A stretch of DNA of 46,695 bases from a virus. Taxonomy: Duplodnaviria; Caudoviricetes. Below the pieces are notes generated by a model that saw nothing but the letters and a program-made list of their open reading frames with translations, made no database searches and had not been told where the DNA came from. The stretch spans positions 1 to 46,695 of the IMG/VR virus record IMGVR_UViG_3300050145_000015; one strand, written 5' to 3'. Within the stretch, counting starts at the first letter, position 1; each line of letters opens with the position of its first letter. Below, in pieces: positions 43,534-46,695 of the stretch. Position numbers and translations under genes: made by a program.

Positions 43534-44045
43534 ACCTCACCCCCAATCGGCCCCACGCCTCGGGCGTAATCCGTGTGGGCGAACAGGGCATCGGCGTAGG
43601 GCTTGTCCAGTGCGAACTTTTGCCCATTGACCTCGATCAGCAGTCGACCGGTGCTGGTCAGCGCAAACTCGCAGTCGGCAGGGCTTACGGTCGGCTCGAC
43701 CTCGTCACCCACTTCGGCAAATGGCTCGGCCGCTTGCTCGCTGGACGGTTGCAGGAGCTTCGTTGGCTCATGCTTCTGGGTGAGCCAGAGCGCAGCCATT
43801 GCGCCCACGTCCGTGGTGAACCACTGGACGTTGTAGGTGCCCTCAATCTTGGTTTTGTTGATCAGGCCGTGCTCAATGCAAGCTGCCAGGATGCCGCTCA
43901 GGCCCTTGTAGTCCTCAGGCTGGCCGATGGCAGACAACAGCGCGGGCGTGGGCAGCTTTTGCCCATGGTTGTCAGCCAGCGCCATGAGGCAGCTGTACGC
44001 CATGGTTCCCGCCTGGGGTAGGTAGCGATAAGGGGAGTCAATCAT
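43530..44045 (-). CDS. hypothetical protein, possible winged-helix N-terminus (171 aa)
   Basis: GAGG SD; ATGA coupling; helix-helix-wing pattern ILAACIEHGLINKTK. Confidence 0.65.
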   Translation of the reverse strand: MIDSPYRYLPQAGTMAYSCLMALADNHGQKLPTPALLSAIGQPEDYKGLSGILAACIEHGLINKTKIEGTYNVQWFTTDVGAMAALWLTQKHEPTKLLQPSSEQAAEPFAEVGDEVEPTVSPADCEFALTSTGRLLIEVNGQKFALDKPYADALFAHTDYARGVGPIGGEV

Positions 44046-44311
44046 GTTTCAAGTTCCTCGATGTCGATTTCGTCCAGGCGGTCGCGCTCGTCGTCTCGGC
44101 GTGCTGCGGCCTTCTGGCCAGGTTTGAGTGAGCTGCGCTTACCAAGGTGAAAGCCGTGGCAGGCTGGGCAGCTGTAGACGCCCCTGCGGCTGTTGCCGCG
44201 TGACTTCTTGCGGGCGGTGTTGACTTCGTCGGCTTGCTGGTAGCTGTCAAAGCGGACCTTCCCGTCACAGCCCGAGGCGGCACTCCAGTTCTTGCCGGTG
44301 TGTCGGGCCAT
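44042..44311 (-). CDS. small zinc-finger phage protein (89 aa)
   Basis: C.GKVRF...YSCPACHGFHL. Confidence 0.75.
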   Translation of the reverse strand: MARHTGKNWSAASGCDGKVRFDSYQQADEVNTARKKSRGNSRRGVYSCPACHGFHLGKRSSLKPGQKAAARRDDERDRLDEIDIEELET

Positions 44312-44316
44312 GGCGC

Positions 44317-44607
44317 TTACCCCTGCGACTCGATAGGCAGCAGCGGTGTGCATGCACCTGCAGGCGGGTGGCACTTGTCCTGCCTGACCTTGCGGCGCTG
44401 GTGCTGTGCTGTGCACTCGGCGCAGTAGTCCGGCACCTGGCCCCGGCACAGCTTGGCGCGCATGGATGCGTTGTCCTGGCTCTCGTCCCGAACCGACTCC
44501 AGATACAGCGTCCACTGCTGGCGATCGAAGCACGCAGGCGGGTTGGCAGACATGGCGGTGAACCATTTGGGAGGGGTGTCGTTGGGTGAGCCGAACGTGC
44601 GAGACAT
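44317..44607 (-). CDS. Cys-containing hypothetical protein (96 aa)
   Basis: PPACFDRQQW..Y...YCAECT...C. Confidence 0.6.
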   Translation of the reverse strand: MSRTFGSPNDTPPKWFTAMSANPPACFDRQQWTLYLESVRDESQDNASMRAKLCRGQVPDYCAECTAQHQRRKVRQDKCHPPAGACTPLLPIESQG

Positions 44608-44623
44608 GCGCGCTGGCCGTGGC

Positions 44624-44977
44624 TCAGGCTTCGGACGCCTGCGGGTTTGCGTCGGCCTGCACGCTTGTGGGGGCAAGCGTGGCCACGGGCGCCAGGGCAG
44701 GGCGGGGTGCTGACGTGGTGATGACAGCGCAGTGCTTGAGCATCAGACTGCGCACATGCTCTTCACCCAACGCATCCAAGGCCATCAGCTCACGCATGCG
44801 CTCGGCCATGGTCTTGCCCAGCACGTTGCAGCGGCGGTGAAAGGCAGCTTTGAGCTCACCCTGCAAACGCAGGTTGATGTCGTCATCGCACGGGCCCATG
44901 GCCTGGTCGATGACAGAGAACAGCGGGGACTGTGAGCCCTCAGAGGACAGATCAATGGGACGCAAAACGGCAGACAT
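44624..44977 (-). CDS. ribbon-helix-helix-like regulator at the cII-like position (117 aa)
   Basis: AAGGAGG SD; INLRL-QGELKAAFHRRC-NVLGKTMAERMRELM strand-helix-helix pattern. Confidence 0.6.
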   Translation of the reverse strand: MSAVLRPIDLSSEGSQSPLFSVIDQAMGPCDDDINLRLQGELKAAFHRRCNVLGKTMAERMRELMALDALGEEHVRSLMLKHCAVITTSAPRPALAPVATLAPTSVQADANPQASEA

Positions 44978-45110
44978 GAAAACCTCCTTGGTCGATGACC
45001 AGCTGTGGGCAGTCGGGAAGGTCAGCGGCTTGTGGGCCGCTGCGATGTCCGCAGCAGCGCGCGCACTTGAGGCCCACGCCCAAGAGCTGCGCAAGCGCTG
45101 CGGAGAGGAA

Positions 45111-45225
45111 TAAAAATGCCCAGCCAACTCATGCACACAAGGCAAGCGCCCAGGGAGGAAGGTGGCGCTCCGCGTCAGGCCAGAGCCTTTGCGGGGGTCG
45201 GGTGCATGGGGGAAGTGGCCGGGCA
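45111..45225 (-). ncRNA. candidate multibranch structured RNA/attenuator in the early operon
   Basis: Outer stem TGCCCGGCC...CATGCAC / GTGCATG...GGCTGGGCA (G-U pair only on the minus strand), two inner hairpins, then TTTTT. Confidence 0.5.
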
Positions 45226-45247
45226 GGCAAAGGGTTGGCATTGCCGC

Positions 45248-45343
45248 TCACCTCAGGTCATTGAGGTCGATGTGCTTGAGCACGTGCCATGTGTGGCGCA
45301 CGGCGCGTGCGATCTGGCGGGCGGCAAGGGTGAGGATCAGCAT
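45248..45343 (-). CDS. small protein (31 aa, MLILTLAARQIARAVRHTWHVLKHIDLNDLR)
   Basis: GAGG-7nt-ATG; GC3-rich codons; too short for the ORF track. Confidence 0.5.
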   Translation of the reverse strand: MLILTLAARQIARAVRHTWHVLKHIDLNDLR

Positions 45344-45352
45344 GTCCGGGCC

Positions 45353-45538
45353 TCACTCAAAGTGGCGCGGCATGCGCCACACGTCGCGCGCGCAGGACGT
45401 CACGCACAGCGCGGCAATGGCCAGGACCGTGGAGATCAGTGGGTCACCGAATGCTGCGTAAGAGCAGCACCCCATGTAGACAGCGACCAGCAGCAGCACG
45501 GCGCAACCCAAGCGGCAGACCAGGGTGATGGGGTTCAT
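45353..45538 (-). CDS. small two-TM membrane protein (61 aa)
   Basis: Two hydrophobic segments; ATGA coupling to cro. Confidence 0.6.
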   Translation of the reverse strand: MNPITLVCRLGCAVLLLVAVYMGCCSYAAFGDPLISTVLAIAALCVTSCARDVWRMPRHFE

Positions 45539-45744
45539 GGGTGGGCCTCACTGGAAGGTTCGGACTCCGGCGCCACCTCTTGCGCGAGCTTTGCCAGGAT
45601 CAGCGCGTCATTGACGCTCTTGGGGCAGTTGCCTGCCGACCATTTGGACAAGCGGGGCTGCGGGATTGCGGTGCGGCGTGAGATCTCCGCTTGCGACAGG
45701 CCAGCGCTCTGGAGCCGAAGGAGGATGGAATTGACGTCTTGCAT
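45535..45744 (-). CDS. cro: Cro-like HTH regulator (69 aa)
   Basis: GLSQAEISRRTAIPQPRLSKW HTH; divergent from the repressor. Confidence 0.82.
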   Translation of the reverse strand: MQDVNSILLRLQSAGLSQAEISRRTAIPQPRLSKWSAGNCPKSVNDALILAKLAQEVAPESEPSSEAHP

Positions 45745-45750
45745 ACCGGC

Positions 45751-45813
45751 ATCCTATTCGATAGAGCATAGACAAGTCAATGCCTTGTCGAATTATTCCA
45801 AGGGGAATAATTT
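45751..45813. promoter_or_regulatory. OR-like switch: divergent promoters and three 16-bp operators
   Basis: Minus TTGACT-18-TAGGAT; plus TTGTCG-17-TAATTT; operators of form wATTC-N6-GMATw at 45755-45770, 45779-45794 (inverted) and 45794-45809. Confidence 0.7.
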
Positions 45814-45817
45814 GTGC

Positions 45818-46462
45818 ATGAGATGGCATGAGTTCATTGGGGTCTTGGTGCAACGCGCAGGCGGGGAATCCGCAGTTGTGCGAGACATGGGCGTGGCGGG
45901 AAGGGGCTTCCAGGGCACGCTCTACAAAGTGGCTCACGGCCTGGTCAAGTCCCCATCAAGGGCGACGGCCGAGAAGATTGCCAAGCACTTCCAGATTGAT
46001 GTCGACGCGCTGTACAGCGACGCAGTGGCGCGCAAAGAAGCGGCGCGCCTGGGCATTGCTGAAGGGGGCGATGCTGCTGCACCAGCGTCTGGGCTGCCCG
46101 CAGCCGGTGTCGACAGGGCGCAGCCGCTCAAGCGCGCACGGGTGATGACGTTGCAGGAGTTGGCCGAGCAGTCGACCTTTGAGCGTTTTGTGACCCTGGT
46201 GGCAAGCACAGACCTGCCGCCGCACACGCTGGCCGGGTTTGACGTGCGCATCAGCACGGAGGCGGTCGAGCCTGCCGATGGGGCTTTGATCGTTGCCAAG
46301 CTGGCCGGCGGCTCGTGTGAGTTGGGTGTGTGCCGAATGATCGTGGGCGGCTATGAACTTGACATCGGTAGGGGTGTCACCCTGGAGCAGGCCCGGCACG
46401 GGCTTATGGTGATCGGCACGGCCATCGAGACTCGGCGCGCTTTCCCGCTCAAACGCTTATAA
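45818..46462 (+). CDS. cI: CI-like repressor: N-terminal HTH plus degenerate S24-like C-terminal domain (214 aa)
   Basis: FQGTLYKVAHGLVKSPSRATAEKIAKHF HTH; C-terminal GF.V.I...EPADGALIVAKL beta pattern; divergent from cro. Confidence 0.75.
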   Translation: MRWHEFIGVLVQRAGGESAVVRDMGVAGRGFQGTLYKVAHGLVKSPSRATAEKIAKHFQIDVDALYSDAVARKEAARLGIAEGGDAAAPASGLPAAGVDRAQPLKRARVMTLQELAEQSTFERFVTLVASTDLPPHTLAGFDVRISTEAVEPADGALIVAKLAGGSCELGVCRMIVGGYELDIGRGVTLEQARHGLMVIGTAIETRRAFPLKRL

Positions 46463-46600
46463 ACCGCCTGTTTTCACTTATGAAATGACACCCCCATCGG
46501 TGGGTGTACTTATACCTGCCCGCCTGAGGCATGCGCTTCAATGCGCTCCGTTATATTTGTGCAAATAGCGGCGTATTGAGCAAATTCAGCGGGGGATTGA

Positions 46601-46695
46601 ATGCGTAGGTGCGTGTATTTTTGTGAGGCGTATGAAATTCATGTCCTTTATCCCGATGCCTTCGAGTTGCCAGAGGTGGCAACCCTTGCGGAAAT
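46601..46695 (+). CDS. possible gene start, truncated by the window end (MRRCVYFCEAYEIHVLYPD...)
   Basis: GGGGGA before an ATG at 46601, open to the window end; too short to assign a function. Confidence 0.3.
   Translation, partial: MRRCVYFCEAYEIHVLYPDAFELPEVATLAE

Larger units (their letters stand above)
366..46695 (-). mobile_element. temperate podovirus-like prophage integrated at tRNA-Lys(CTT), truncated by the right window edge
   Basis: Ordered immunity, replication, Q, lysis, packaging, head, short-tail and ejection modules; no tape measure or sheath gene; abuts the tRNA 3' end. Confidence 0.95.

Noticed and set aside
45116-45817. 448-aa version of the repressor ORF
   Set aside because: The extension runs antisense through cro and the early genes; the HTH, promoter and operators place the start at 45818.

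Overview
The window starts with two host tRNA-Lys genes (anticodons TTT at 47-122 and CTT at 290-365). A GC-rich temperate, podovirus-like prophage then begins right after the second tRNA and runs past the right edge; no integrase or second att site is in view. The host is probably a betaproteobacterium, which is an inference from style only. Almost all phage genes lie on the minus strand. From right to left they are: a cI/cro switch, small early genes, replication genes (DUF1376-HNH, an initiator, a DnaC-like loader), nucleases, a Q-like antiterminator, lysis genes (holin, TIGR02594-type endolysin, Rz with nested Rz1), terminases, portal, scaffold, capsid, adaptors, an Ig/SGNH esterase, a secreted protein, a FliA-like sigma factor, a tail nozzle, a tail fibre, a GNAT, ejection proteins, and a 4137-aa DarB-like polyvalent protein. 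The most unusual signals are: (1) at least two apparently real genes nested in the +1 frame inside the linkers of the giant gene, each with its own Shine-Dalgarno and a local switch of codon bias into the nested frame; (2) a sigma-28 (FliA) homologue translationally coupled into the tail operon; (3) a repressor lacking the autocleavage Ser/Lys; (4) several structured RNA leaders. All family names come from reading motifs by eye, not from database searches.
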